This document shows positions 27,371 to 35,796 of a stretch of DNA of 47,922 bases, one piece after another. The notes below the pieces were generated by a model. The model saw nothing but the letters and a program-made list of their open reading frames with translations. It was not told the DNA's origin and did no database searches. Origin of the DNA: Burkholderiales bacterium (GTDB taxonomy: Bacteria; Pseudomonadota; Gammaproteobacteria; Burkholderiales; Burkholderiaceae_C); NCBI GenBank assembly GCA_003152055.1, contig PLZH01000125.1, positions 1-47,922 of the forward strand, read 5' to 3'. The translations under genes and the position numbers were made by a program. Positions within the stretch are counted from its first letter, which is position 1. Every line of letters starts with the position of its first letter.

Positions 27371-28203
27371 GCCTCCTGGCGCTGCGCCGCGATCGCCTCT
27401 TCGCGCAGCAGGCCGAAGATCTCGGCCTTCATGCGCCCGAACTCGACGCTGGCGACGACCGCCGGGTCGCTCGATGCCGCGAAGCGCGGCGCGAAGCGCG
27501 CCTTGATGCGGCCGGGCCGCGCCGACATGACGACGATGTCGGTCGCCAGGAAGAGCGCTTCCTCGATGCTGTGCGTGATCCAGAGCACCGTCTTTCGCGT
27601 CTCCTGCCAGATGCGCTTGATCTCCTCCTGCAGCAGCTCACGGGTCTGCGCGTCGAGCGCGGCGAAGGGCTCGTCCATGAGCAGGATCTCCGGATCGTTG
27701 GCGAGCGCCCGGGCGATGCCGACGCGCTGCTGCATCCCGCCCGACAACTCGTACGGGTAGCGCCTGGCGAAGCTCGACAGGCCGACCAGCTCGACGTGGT
27801 GCGCCGCGATGCGCGCCGCTTCGGCCTTCGATTTACCGGTGGCGAGCGGGCCGAAGGCGACGTTGTCGAGCACGTTCATCCAGGTGAAGAGGGCGCCCTG
27901 CTGGAAGACGACGCCGCGCTTGGGGTCGGGGCCGACGACCGGCACGTCGTCCATCAGGACGCGGCCGGTCGTCGCCGTCTCGAAGCCGGCCATGATGTTG
28001 AGCAGCGTGCTCTTGCCGCAGCCCGACGGGCCGACCAGGCAGACGAACGCGTTCTCGGCGAGGTCGAGCGTCACCGGCTCCAGCGCCTGCACGGCGTCCG
28101 CGGCCTCGCCGAAGCGCTTGGAGACGCCCTCGAAGCGGGCCTTGACGCGCGCGCCAGACGGCCCGCCGCTGCCGGCGCCTGCTGTCTCGGTCTGCATCGT
28201 CAC
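27361..28203 (-). CDS. TauB/SsuB-like ABC ATPase (second system)
   Basis: [38 protein letters not shown]. Confidence 0.92.
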   Translation of the reverse strand: MTMQTETAGAGSGGPSGARVKARFEGVSKRFGEAADAVQALEPVTLDLAENAFVCLVGPSGCGKSTLLNIMAGFETATTGRVLMDDVPVVGPDPKRGVVFQQGALFTWMNVLDNVAFGPLATGKSKAEAARIAAHHVELVGLSSFARRYPYELSGGMQQRVGIARALANDPEILLMDEPFAALDAQTRELLQEEIKRIWQETRKTVLWITHSIEEALFLATDIVVMSARPGRIKARFAPRFAASSDPAVVASVEFGRMKAEIFGLLREEAIAAQRQEAVR

Positions 28204-29240
28204 GCCATCTGCGCGACGAAGGTCTTGTCGATGAGCCCGTTGAGATCCTTCGGCAGCTCATTGATCTGCCCGGTCTCCTTCAGGAAGTCGGCCTGGATCT
28301 GCAACGTCTTGACGACGGCGGCGTCTTTCTCGCCGGGCTTGCCGAGCCACATCGCGGTCATCTGTTCCTTTGCCGGCACCGGGTGAAACGTGTTGAGCGA
28401 GCGCATCACCGCCGCCTCGTCGACGCCGAGAAACTTGGTCATCGTGTCGACGACGTCCTTGGGGTTCTGCTTGAAAGTCACCGCGATCTGCTCGAAGTCC
28501 TTCAGGAACGTGAGCACGAGTTCGGGATTCTTCTTCTTGAAGTCGTCGCGCACCGCGAACGCGTCGAACATGACGAGCCCGCTGGCGTTCAGGTCGCCGG
28601 TCTTGAACAACACCGTGCCGCCGTCGGCGACGAGCTGCGGGATGACAGGCACCCAGATGTAGCTGGCGTCGATCTCGCGCCGCGACCACGCCGACGCGAT
28701 CGTGTCGGCGCGCATGTTGATCAGCCGCACGTCGTTGACGCCGAGGCCGGCGTTCTTCATCGCCGCCAGGGCTGCGAAGTGCACCGAGGTGTTGAACGGC
28801 AGGCCGACGCGTTTGCCTTTCAAGTCGGCGAGCGTCCTGATGTTGGCGCTGTTCTGCACGACGAGGGCTTCGCTGTCGGTGATGTTCTTGTAGATGTAGA
28901 CCAGCGACACCGGCGCGCCGTTGGCGTAGCCGACGACGAGCGGGCTCGAGCCGAGGTTGCACATGTCGAGGCTGCCACCAGCCATCGCCGAGATCACCTC
29001 CGAGCCGGCGCGGACGGTCACGAACTCGGTCTTGACGTTCGGCCCGAATATCTTCGGCGCCAGCCCCTTGGCGCGGATGTAGTTCTGCGCGTCGATGCTG
29101 CCGAAGGTTCCGAGGTTGATCTCCTTTTTTGCCTGCCCCCAGGCGCTGCCGGCGCCGAGCAGAGAGCCGCCGGCGAGCGAGCCGGCGATCACGTTGGCGG
29201 CGGCGAGCGAGAAATCGCGGCGAGAGAGATGCAGCTTCAT
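28200..29240 (-). CDS. TauA-like sulfonate substrate-binding protein (second system), Tat signal
   Basis: SRRDF twin-arginine leader; LGSSPL, DSEALVV, LKGKRVGLPFNTSVHF, IDASYIWVP. Confidence 0.85.
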   Translation of the reverse strand: MKLHLSRRDFSLAAANVIAGSLAGGSLLGAGSAWGQAKKEINLGTFGSIDAQNYIRAKGLAPKIFGPNVKTEFVTVRAGSEVISAMAGGSLDMCNLGSSPLVVGYANGAPVSLVYIYKNITDSEALVVQNSANIRTLADLKGKRVGLPFNTSVHFAALAAMKNAGLGVNDVRLINMRADTIASAWSRREIDASYIWVPVIPQLVADGGTVLFKTGDLNASGLVMFDAFAVRDDFKKKNPELVLTFLKDFEQIAVTFKQNPKDVVDTMTKFLGVDEAAVMRSLNTFHPVPAKEQMTAMWLGKPGEKDAAVVKTLQIQADFLKETGQINELPKDLNGLIDKTFVAQMA

Positions 29241-29259
29241 GGAGCGTTCCTGTGTGTGG

Positions 29260-29287
29260 AAAAAAAAGAGGGCCTACATCCGCCCCT
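29260..29287 (-). terminator. Weak intrinsic terminator-like element at the tauC stop
   Basis: Minus strand GGGGC-GGATGTAG-GCCCT-C followed by T8 (A8 on + at 29260-29267). Confidence 0.35.
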
Positions 29288-30152
29288 TCCAGGGCACGAG
29301 CTTTCTTTCGACCCAGCGCATCAGCAGGTCGAACATATAAGCGACGACGCCGATCACGATGATGCCCATGACGACGATGTCGGTGCGCAGGAAGTTCGAG
29401 GCGTTGAGCACCATCTGCCCGAGGCCGACATCGGCCGCGACCATCTCGGCGGCGACGAGCGTCGTCCAGCCGAAGCCGATGGCGATGCGCATGCCGATCA
29501 GGATGTCGGGCAGCGCAGACGGCAGGATGACGTGGCGGATCACCTGCGCGTAGCTCGCGCCCATCGAGTATGCGGCGTTGATCTGCTCCTGCGAGGCGCT
29601 CTTCATGCCCGAGCGCGCCGCCAGCGCGAGCGGCGCGAAGCAGCTGAGGAAGATGAGCAGGATCTTCGGCGTCTCGCCGATGCCGAACCAGATGATGATG
29701 AGCGGCAGGTAGGCCAGCGGCGGCAGCGGCCGGTAGAACTCCAGCGGTGGATCGAAGATGCCCCGCGCGACGCGGCTCATGCCCATCGCGATGCCGACCG
29801 GGATCGCCGTGATGCAGGCGACGAAGAAGGCGGTGAAGACGCGGAACATGCTCGCCGCGAAGTGCTGCCAGAGCGGCTTGTCGTTGGCCTTTCCGGTGAG
29901 GTATTCAACGAATTGCTCGAGGACGGCCTGCGGCTTTGGCAGGAAGAGCGGCTTGACCCAGCCCATGTTGGTGACGAAGAACCAAAGCGCAACCAGCGTG
30001 ACAACGGTCGCCACGCTGATGACGACGCTCGAGCCTTCTCCTGGCACCTTGAACTTGCTCGTCTTCATTGCCGCGCGGTCGGTTGCCGGCGGCACGGCCA
30101 ACGGCGAAGGGATCGGCACGATGCTGGCAGCCTGGGCGTCGAGGTCAGGCAT
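29274..30152 (-). CDS. tauC: Taurine ABC transporter permease
   Basis: [47 protein letters not shown]; start overlaps the tauB stop. Confidence 0.92.
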   Translation of the reverse strand: MPDLDAQAASIVPIPSPLAVPPATDRAAMKTSKFKVPGEGSSVVISVATVVTLVALWFFVTNMGWVKPLFLPKPQAVLEQFVEYLTGKANDKPLWQHFAASMFRVFTAFFVACITAIPVGIAMGMSRVARGIFDPPLEFYRPLPPLAYLPLIIIWFGIGETPKILLIFLSCFAPLALAARSGMKSASQEQINAAYSMGASYAQVIRHVILPSALPDILIGMRIAIGFGWTTLVAAEMVAADVGLGQMVLNASNFLRTDIVVMGIIVIGVVAYMFDLLMRWVERKLVPWKGRM

Positions 30153-30960
30153 GCGCGGTATCACCGATGGTCGCCGCATGCTCGGCTTCGCGGTGGTGGA
30201 TGATTGCGAGTACCTCTTCGCGCAGGCGGATGAATTCTGGCTCCGATTTCACCTTGCGCGCATCGCCAGCGCTCAGAAACTGGCGCGAGAAGGGCATGTT
30301 GTCGTAGACGTGCGAGATGCGGCCGGGGCTCGGGCTCATGACGATGAGGCGGGTCGCCAGGAAGAGCGCTTCTTCCACCGAGTGCGTGATGAAGAAGACC
30401 ATCTTGTTCGTCGCCGACCAGGCGTGCAGCAGGATCTCCTGCACCTGCTCGCGCGTGAAGGCGTCGAGCGCGCCCATCGGTTCGTCCATCAGCAATACCT
30501 CGGGGTCGTTGGCCAGGGCGCGGGCGATGCCGACGCGCTGCTGCATCCCGCCCGAAAGCTCGTAGACCGCGCGCTCGGCGTATTTCTCGAGGCCGACCAG
30601 GGCCAGCTTTTCGTCGGCGATCTCGCTTCTTGCAGCGCGGCCGACCCCACGCAGGCGCAGGCCGAGCGCGACGTTGTCGCGCACCGAGAGCCATGGCATC
30701 AGCGTGTGCTTCTGGAAGACGACGCCGCGGTCGGCGCCGGGGCCGAGCACCGGCTTGCCGTCGAGCAGGATCTCGCCGCTCGACGGCGGCAGGAAGCCGG
30801 CGATGCAGTTGAGCAGCGTCGTCTTGCCGCAGCCCGAGGCGCCGAGGGCGACGACGAAATCGCCCTCGTTCATCTTCAGGTTGACGGGCGCGAGCGCCTG
30901 CAGCATGCCGCCCTTGACGGCGAAGTTCACCGTCAAGTCGCGAATGTCCAGTGTGGGCAT
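30145..30960 (-). CDS. tauB: Taurine ABC transporter ATPase
   Basis: [40 protein letters not shown]. Confidence 0.92.
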   Translation of the reverse strand: MPTLDIRDLTVNFAVKGGMLQALAPVNLKMNEGDFVVALGASGCGKTTLLNCIAGFLPPSSGEILLDGKPVLGPGADRGVVFQKHTLMPWLSVRDNVALGLRLRGVGRAARSEIADEKLALVGLEKYAERAVYELSGGMQQRVGIARALANDPEVLLMDEPMGALDAFTREQVQEILLHAWSATNKMVFFITHSVEEALFLATRLIVMSPSPGRISHVYDNMPFSRQFLSAGDARKVKSEPEFIRLREEVLAIIHHREAEHAATIGDTAHA

Positions 30961-30984
30961 GAAGTCTCGCCAGCAAACCGTGCA

Positions 30985-31005
30985 GGGCTTCGCGAAGCGA
31001 AGCCC
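30985..31005. other. Perfect stem-loop between tauA and tauB (probable mRNA stabiliser)
   Basis: GGGCTTCGC-GAA-GCGAAGCCC with no U-tract, immediately after the binding-protein stop. Confidence 0.6.
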
Positions 31006-31015
31006 GCGGCCCTTG

Positions 31016-32032
31016 TTATTTTCCCATCGCTTCCTTGACGTACTTGGTCGTCACGAAATCGCTGTAGTTCGGCTTGACTTCCTGGATGCGTCCCTGCTCC
31101 TTCAGGAACGCAGCCGTATCCGTCATCGCCTTGGCGGCGCCGCCACCCAGCCACGTCGACGACGCCTGCTGTTCCAGCGTCGGGAAGCGATAGAGCGCCA
31201 TCGCCGCCGGTACGTCCTTCGCGTCCGCCTTGGTCCACTTGGCGACCGCCTTCACTTCGGGCGAGTCGGCCGTCCATTTGGCGGCGTTGGCGCGATAGGT
31301 GGCATCGGCCCTCGCCATCGCCTTGACGAAGGCGACCATGAAGTCGTTGTTCTTCGCGGCCCACGCTGCGTTCACGGCATAGCCGTCGAAAGTCGGATAG
31401 CCCTTTTTGCCGATCGTGCCGGAGGTGGCGATGACCTTGCCGTTCGTCTTGATCCTCGAGAGCACCGGATCCCAGATGAACGCCGCGTCGATGTCGCCGC
31501 GCTCCCAGGCGGCCGCGATCTCGGGCGGCCGCATGTTCATCACCGTCACGGTCTTCGGATCGACCCCTTCGAGCTTCATGTCGACCATGAGCTGGTAGTG
31601 CGAGGTCGAGACGAACGGCGTCGCGACCTTCTTGCCCTTGAGGTCCTTGACGCTGTTGATGCCCGATCCGTTGCGGGCGACCAGCGCCTCGGCGTCGGCG
31701 ATGTCGTCGAGGATCCAGAACAGCTTGATGTCCTGACCCTGGCTGGCCGCCGCGGTGAGCGGGCTCGAGCCGACCTCGCCGATCTGCACGTCGCCCGAGG
31801 CCATGGCGCGGATCACGTCGCCGCCGCCGCCGAACATGCGCCAGTTGATCTTGTAGCCGGTCGTCTTCTCGAGCTCGCCCGATTCCATGACGATGCGATA
31901 CGGATCGAGCATGTCCTGGTGCGCGATCGTCACTTCCTTGGTCTGGGCCCAGGCCATCGAAGCGATCAGGGCGAGCGCGCCAGCGGCGGCCCATTTCGCA
32001 AGGGATTTCGTCGGTGTCGTCTGCATGCTCAT
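31016..32032 (-). CDS. tauA: Taurine ABC transporter substrate-binding protein
   Basis: [53 protein letters not shown]; GGAG RBS 6 nt before ATG 32032. Confidence 0.93.
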   Translation of the reverse strand: MSMQTTPTKSLAKWAAAGALALIASMAWAQTKEVTIAHQDMLDPYRIVMESGELEKTTGYKINWRMFGGGGDVIRAMASGDVQIGEVGSSPLTAAASQGQDIKLFWILDDIADAEALVARNGSGINSVKDLKGKKVATPFVSTSHYQLMVDMKLEGVDPKTVTVMNMRPPEIAAAWERGDIDAAFIWDPVLSRIKTNGKVIATSGTIGKKGYPTFDGYAVNAAWAAKNNDFMVAFVKAMARADATYRANAAKWTADSPEVKAVAKWTKADAKDVPAAMALYRFPTLEQQASSTWLGGGAAKAMTDTAAFLKEQGRIQEVKPNYSDFVTTKYVKEAMGK

Positions 32033-32120
32033 CGCCATCTCCGGTTTGCGGGACAAGTCGGCACGCGCCAGCGGCGCACGCTGAGGAAAGGACGACTGTG
32101 CCTGCAACCTTCGCGCCGCG

Positions 32121-32153
32121 GAAGGGCCAGCGCCCGTGGCTTCATGGAGCCAG
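32121..32153 (-). promoter_or_regulatory. Candidate TauR direct-repeat site upstream of tauA
   Basis: CTGGCTCCAT-N13-CTGGCCCTTC on the minus strand (23-bp period). Confidence 0.65.
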
Positions 32154-32215
32154 CCCCTAGGGGCTTTCCCTCGGGTGGTTGCAGGCTCATCGATGGCGGG
32201 CACCTGCGCCTGCGC

Positions 32216-33751
32216 TCAATGCGTGAGGCGTGCCGCAGGCCGCGCTTCGCCGCGAGCGCGAGCCAGCTCGGCGACGGAGATCGCCAGGGCATGGATGCCG
32301 GCACGAATCTGCGGCCCGGCGATCGACGAAAGCCTCAGGCGAAAGAACGGGCAAGGGTAGGGCGGCCTGGTGAAGAAGACGTCGCCGGCTTCGATCAGCA
32401 CGCCGTGAGCGCGCGCCATCGCCGCGAGCTCGGCGGCATCGACCCAGGCCGGCGCGCGAACCCAGATCGAGGCACCGCCCTGCGGCAGCGTGAACTCGAA
32501 ATCGGGCAACTCTTCGCGCAGCACCTCGGCGGCCAGAGCGATGCGCTCCTGCATTGCCTGGTTGACGCGGCGCGCATGCGACTCGTGGTGGCCGAGCGAC
32601 AGGAAGAGCGCATACGCATGCTGCAGAAAGGCGCTCGGATGGCGGACCATCGCGTGGCGCAGGACGCGCAGCTCCCTGACGAGGGCGTGCGGCGCGACGA
32701 TGTAGCCGAGGCGAAGCACCGGCGACAGGCTCTTCGACACCGAGCCGATGTAGATCACGCGGCCGCTCTTGTCGAGGCTCTTCAAGGCCGGCATCGGCGC
32801 GCCGGCATAGAGGTTCTCGGCTTCGTAGTCGTCTTCGATGAGCACGAAGTCCTGCAGCTCGGCCCTGCGCAGCAAGCGTTGCCGCCGCTCGAGCGAGAGC
32901 GTCGCCGTCGTCGGGCTCTGGTGCGAGGGCGTGACGAAGAGATAGTCGAGGGCCGGCAAGGCATCGACGACGAGCCCGTCGTCGTCGACCGCAACTTCGA
33001 CCGGGTGCGGCTGGCGCAGCGCAAAGCTGTTACGGGCGTGCGGATGGCCCGGCTCCTCGAGGCCGAGGCGCGTCGTCTCGTCGAAGAGGGCCTCGGCGAG
33101 CAGGTAGTACGCGTGCTGCGTGCCGACCGTCAGGATGATCTCTTCCTTCAACGCGAAGACGCCGCGCTTGGGCAGGAGGCGCGTGCGGATCTGCTCGACG
33201 AGATCGGCGACGTCGTCGGTCTCGAGATCGGGCGTCCAGTGCGGCAGCTGCGAGCGGGCCAGACTCTTCGCGCAGCAGTCGCGAAAGTCATCGGTCGGAA
33301 AGAGCTGCGCGTCGTAGGTGCCGTAGACGAACGGGTAGGGGTACTCGCGCCACTGTTCGGGCTTGGCCAGGGTCGGCCGCTTCGACAGCGATCGCAGCAC
33401 GCGCGCCTGCCACTGCGGTGCGCGCCCGGGCTGGCCGCTCGTGTCGAGAAGCGGCTCGGCGACGGCGGCGCCCCGCGGTCGCGCACCGGCCGCGACGAAG
33501 ACGCCACTGCGCGGGCGTGCCTGCAGGAACCCTTCGTCGATCAGCTGCACGTAGGCGGCTGTGACGGTGTTGCGGCTGATGCCGAGCAACGCCGCCAGCT
33601 CGCGTGAAGAGGGCAGCGAGGCGCCGGCGTCGAGATGCCCTTCGAGAATGGAGCGGACCACGGCCAGGCGCAGGCGCGCCTGCAGCGGCAGCGCCGGCTG
33701 ATCGGCCAGATCGAACAGGCGCGCCCACTGGATCGAGCCGGGCTGAGACAT
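32216..33751 (-). CDS. tauR: MocR/GabR-type GntR regulator, probable TauR
   Basis: LPSSRELAALLGISRNTV HTH plus aminotransferase domain VTPSHQSPT, EDDYE, SKSLSP; between tauABC and tauXY. Confidence 0.85.
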   Translation of the reverse strand: MSQPGSIQWARLFDLADQPALPLQARLRLAVVRSILEGHLDAGASLPSSRELAALLGISRNTVTAAYVQLIDEGFLQARPRSGVFVAAGARPRGAAVAEPLLDTSGQPGRAPQWQARVLRSLSKRPTLAKPEQWREYPYPFVYGTYDAQLFPTDDFRDCCAKSLARSQLPHWTPDLETDDVADLVEQIRTRLLPKRGVFALKEEIILTVGTQHAYYLLAEALFDETTRLGLEEPGHPHARNSFALRQPHPVEVAVDDDGLVVDALPALDYLFVTPSHQSPTTATLSLERRQRLLRRAELQDFVLIEDDYEAENLYAGAPMPALKSLDKSGRVIYIGSVSKSLSPVLRLGYIVAPHALVRELRVLRHAMVRHPSAFLQHAYALFLSLGHHESHARRVNQAMQERIALAAEVLREELPDFEFTLPQGGASIWVRAPAWVDAAELAAMARAHGVLIEAGDVFFTRPPYPCPFFRLRLSSIAGPQIRAGIHALAISVAELARARGEARPAARLTH

Positions 33752-33778
33752 GGTGCCCTAGTCTACGGTGGTGGCTTG

Positions 33779-33811
33779 CTGGCGCGAACGATTCGGTCCA
33801 ACTGGCACTAC
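33779..33811 (+). promoter_or_regulatory. Candidate TauR direct-repeat site upstream of tauX
   Basis: CTGGCGCGAA-N13-CTGGCACTAC (23-bp period), same geometry as the tauA site. Confidence 0.65.
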
Positions 33812-33858
33812 CGCGCCGAACGCCCCATCACTACGCTTCAGCGTCCGAGGAGATCCGA

Positions 33859-34260
33859 TTGAACGAGCCGAAACCCGCAGTCACCGAAGCCACGCTCGCC
33901 GCTTTCAGCGACGCGTGGAATCGTCACGACGTCGATGCCCTGATGAGCTTCATGCACGACGACTGCGTCTTCGAAGCCGCGGCCGGCAGCGCAGCCTGCG
34001 GTGCGCGCCATGTCGGACGCGAGGCGGTGAAGACGGCGTTCGCCGCGGCGTGGGCCACCGTGCTCGACGCCCAATGGACGAACGGCCGTCACTTCGTCCA
34101 TGGCGACTTCGGCGTTTCGCAGTGGACCTTCACCGGCACCGCCGCCGACGGCTCGCGCATCGAGACCGATGGCGTCGATGTCTTCACGCTGAAGGACGGC
34201 AAGATTCTCCTGAAGAACGCGTTCCGCAAAGTGCGGCCGAATCTTCCCGCCGCGCGCTAG
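33859..34260 (+). CDS. tauX: NTF2/SnoaL-fold protein, probable taurine dehydrogenase small subunit
   Basis: GAGGAG RBS, TTG start; AWNRHDVDALMSFM, SQWTFTGT, DVFTLKDGKI, KNAFRK; directly upstream of the flavoprotein. Confidence 0.8.
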   Translation: MNEPKPAVTEATLAAFSDAWNRHDVDALMSFMHDDCVFEAAAGSAACGARHVGREAVKTAFAAAWATVLDAQWTNGRHFVHGDFGVSQWTFTGTAADGSRIETDGVDVFTLKDGKILLKNAFRKVRPNLPAAR

Positions 34261-34275
34261 GCGAAGGAGCAGACC

Positions 34276-35724
34276 TTGACCGTGCCGGCGCTCGCGACCA
34301 CGTCCCCTTCGTCTTCACGGGTGCGCGCGATGCAGCGCTACGACCCGCGCTACGACCCGCTCGTCGCCGCCGATCCGGGCGCGGGCCGCGCCTATGCGCC
34401 GAGCTACTGGGTCGCGACGGCGGGCGAGCCGCCCGAAGACGACGGTCCGGTCACCGGCGACATCGATGCCGACGTCGTCGTCATCGGCTCCGGCGCCACC
34501 GGCATCTCGACTGCGCTCTATCTGGCGCAGGAGCACGGCGTGCGGGCCGTCGTTCTCGAGGCCAACCAGGCGTCGTGGGGCTGCTCGAGCCGCAGCGGCG
34601 GGCAGGGGCAGAACGCCAGCGGCCGCCTCAAGCGCTCGCAATGGATAGAGCGCTGGGGGCTCGATGTGGCCAGGCGCCTCGATGCGGAGATCCGCACCGG
34701 CTTCGAGAATTTTCGCCAGCTCACACGCGAGATCGCCTGCGACGCGCGGGACGGCGGCCATCTCTACCTCGCGCATCGCGCCAAGCGGCTGCCGGCCTTG
34801 CGCCGCGAAGCCGAGCTCATGCGCGATACCTTCGGCTATGCGACGCGCATGATGAGCGCCGAGGAAGTACGACGCGACTACTGCGATGAGCGCGAAGCCG
34901 CCGGCGCGATGTTCGAGCCCGAAGGCGTCGGCATCCATCCGCTGAAATTCACCTACGGGCTCATCCGCAAGGCAAGATCGCTCGGCGCCAGGCTGCACAC
35001 GGCCAGCCCGGTGCAGGGCTGGCGCACGGAAGGCGGCGTGCATCACCTGCGCACGCCCGGCGGCACGGTGCGGGCGCAGCGCGTGGCGGTGTGCACGGGC
35101 GGCTACACCTCGCAGGAGCTGAGCCCTATCGTGCGCAACAGGATCATGCCGATCCTCTCCAATTCGCTGGTGACTCGGCCGCTCACCGAGGCCGAGCTGA
35201 CAGCGACGAACTTTCGCTCCGAAACCTTCCTAACCGATACGCGCACGCTTCGCTTCTACTATCGCCTGCTGCCCGACAGGCGCCTGCAGATCGGCAGCCG
35301 CAGCTCGGTGAGCGGCGCCCATGCCGAAGACCCGGTGCACCTGAAGCTGCTCACCGATGCGATCGCCCGCAAGTTCCCGCCGCTTGCCGGAATCCAGGTC
35401 GACTACTCGTGGTGGGGCTGGGTCGATGTGAGCCACGACATGATGCCGCGCATCGCCCGGCCCGACCCGGCAGAGCGCGTCTGGTACGCGCTCGGCTACG
35501 GCGGCAACGGCGTCTCGTTCTCGACCTGGGCCGGCAAGCGCCTGGCCGAGCGCGTCACCGGCCAGGACGCGGGCAAGGACGTGTTCAAGCTGCCGATCTA
35601 CGATTCGCCCCTCGAATATCCGAACGTTCTGGGCGCCGTGCGGTCCGAAGTTTTCGCGCCCTTTCGCCGCCTTGGGCAGCATGTGCTGTACAAGTGGTAC
35701 TGGCTGCGAGACGAAAAACTGTGA
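34276..35724 (+). CDS. tauY: DAO-family FAD oxidoreductase, probable taurine dehydrogenase large subunit
   Basis: YDPRYDPL...YAPSYW N-terminus, IGSGATG, WGCSSRSGGQ, WWGWVDVSHDMMPRI, GYGGNGV. Confidence 0.8.
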   Translation: MTVPALATTSPSSSRVRAMQRYDPRYDPLVAADPGAGRAYAPSYWVATAGEPPEDDGPVTGDIDADVVVIGSGATGISTALYLAQEHGVRAVVLEANQASWGCSSRSGGQGQNASGRLKRSQWIERWGLDVARRLDAEIRTGFENFRQLTREIACDARDGGHLYLAHRAKRLPALRREAELMRDTFGYATRMMSAEEVRRDYCDEREAAGAMFEPEGVGIHPLKFTYGLIRKARSLGARLHTASPVQGWRTEGGVHHLRTPGGTVRAQRVAVCTGGYTSQELSPIVRNRIMPILSNSLVTRPLTEAELTATNFRSETFLTDTRTLRFYYRLLPDRRLQIGSRSSVSGAHAEDPVHLKLLTDAIARKFPPLAGIQVDYSWWGWVDVSHDMMPRIARPDPAERVWYALGYGGNGVSFSTWAGKRLAERVTGQDAGKDVFKLPIYDSPLEYPNVLGAVRSEVFAPFRRLGQHVLYKWYWLRDEKL

Positions 35725-35796
35725 CGCCGCGCCCTTGAATCGCCGCGCGAAGGTACGACGCCAAGCGCGCGTTCATCCATCATCGGGAGCCTTTCC

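Noticed and set aside
30674-33607. 977-aa + strand ORF and other long antisense ORFs (e.g. 20266-22035, 28383-30203, 37592-39430, 43923-45755)
   Set aside because: Shadow frames of well-supported genes; high GC suppresses stop codons; no recognisable motifs
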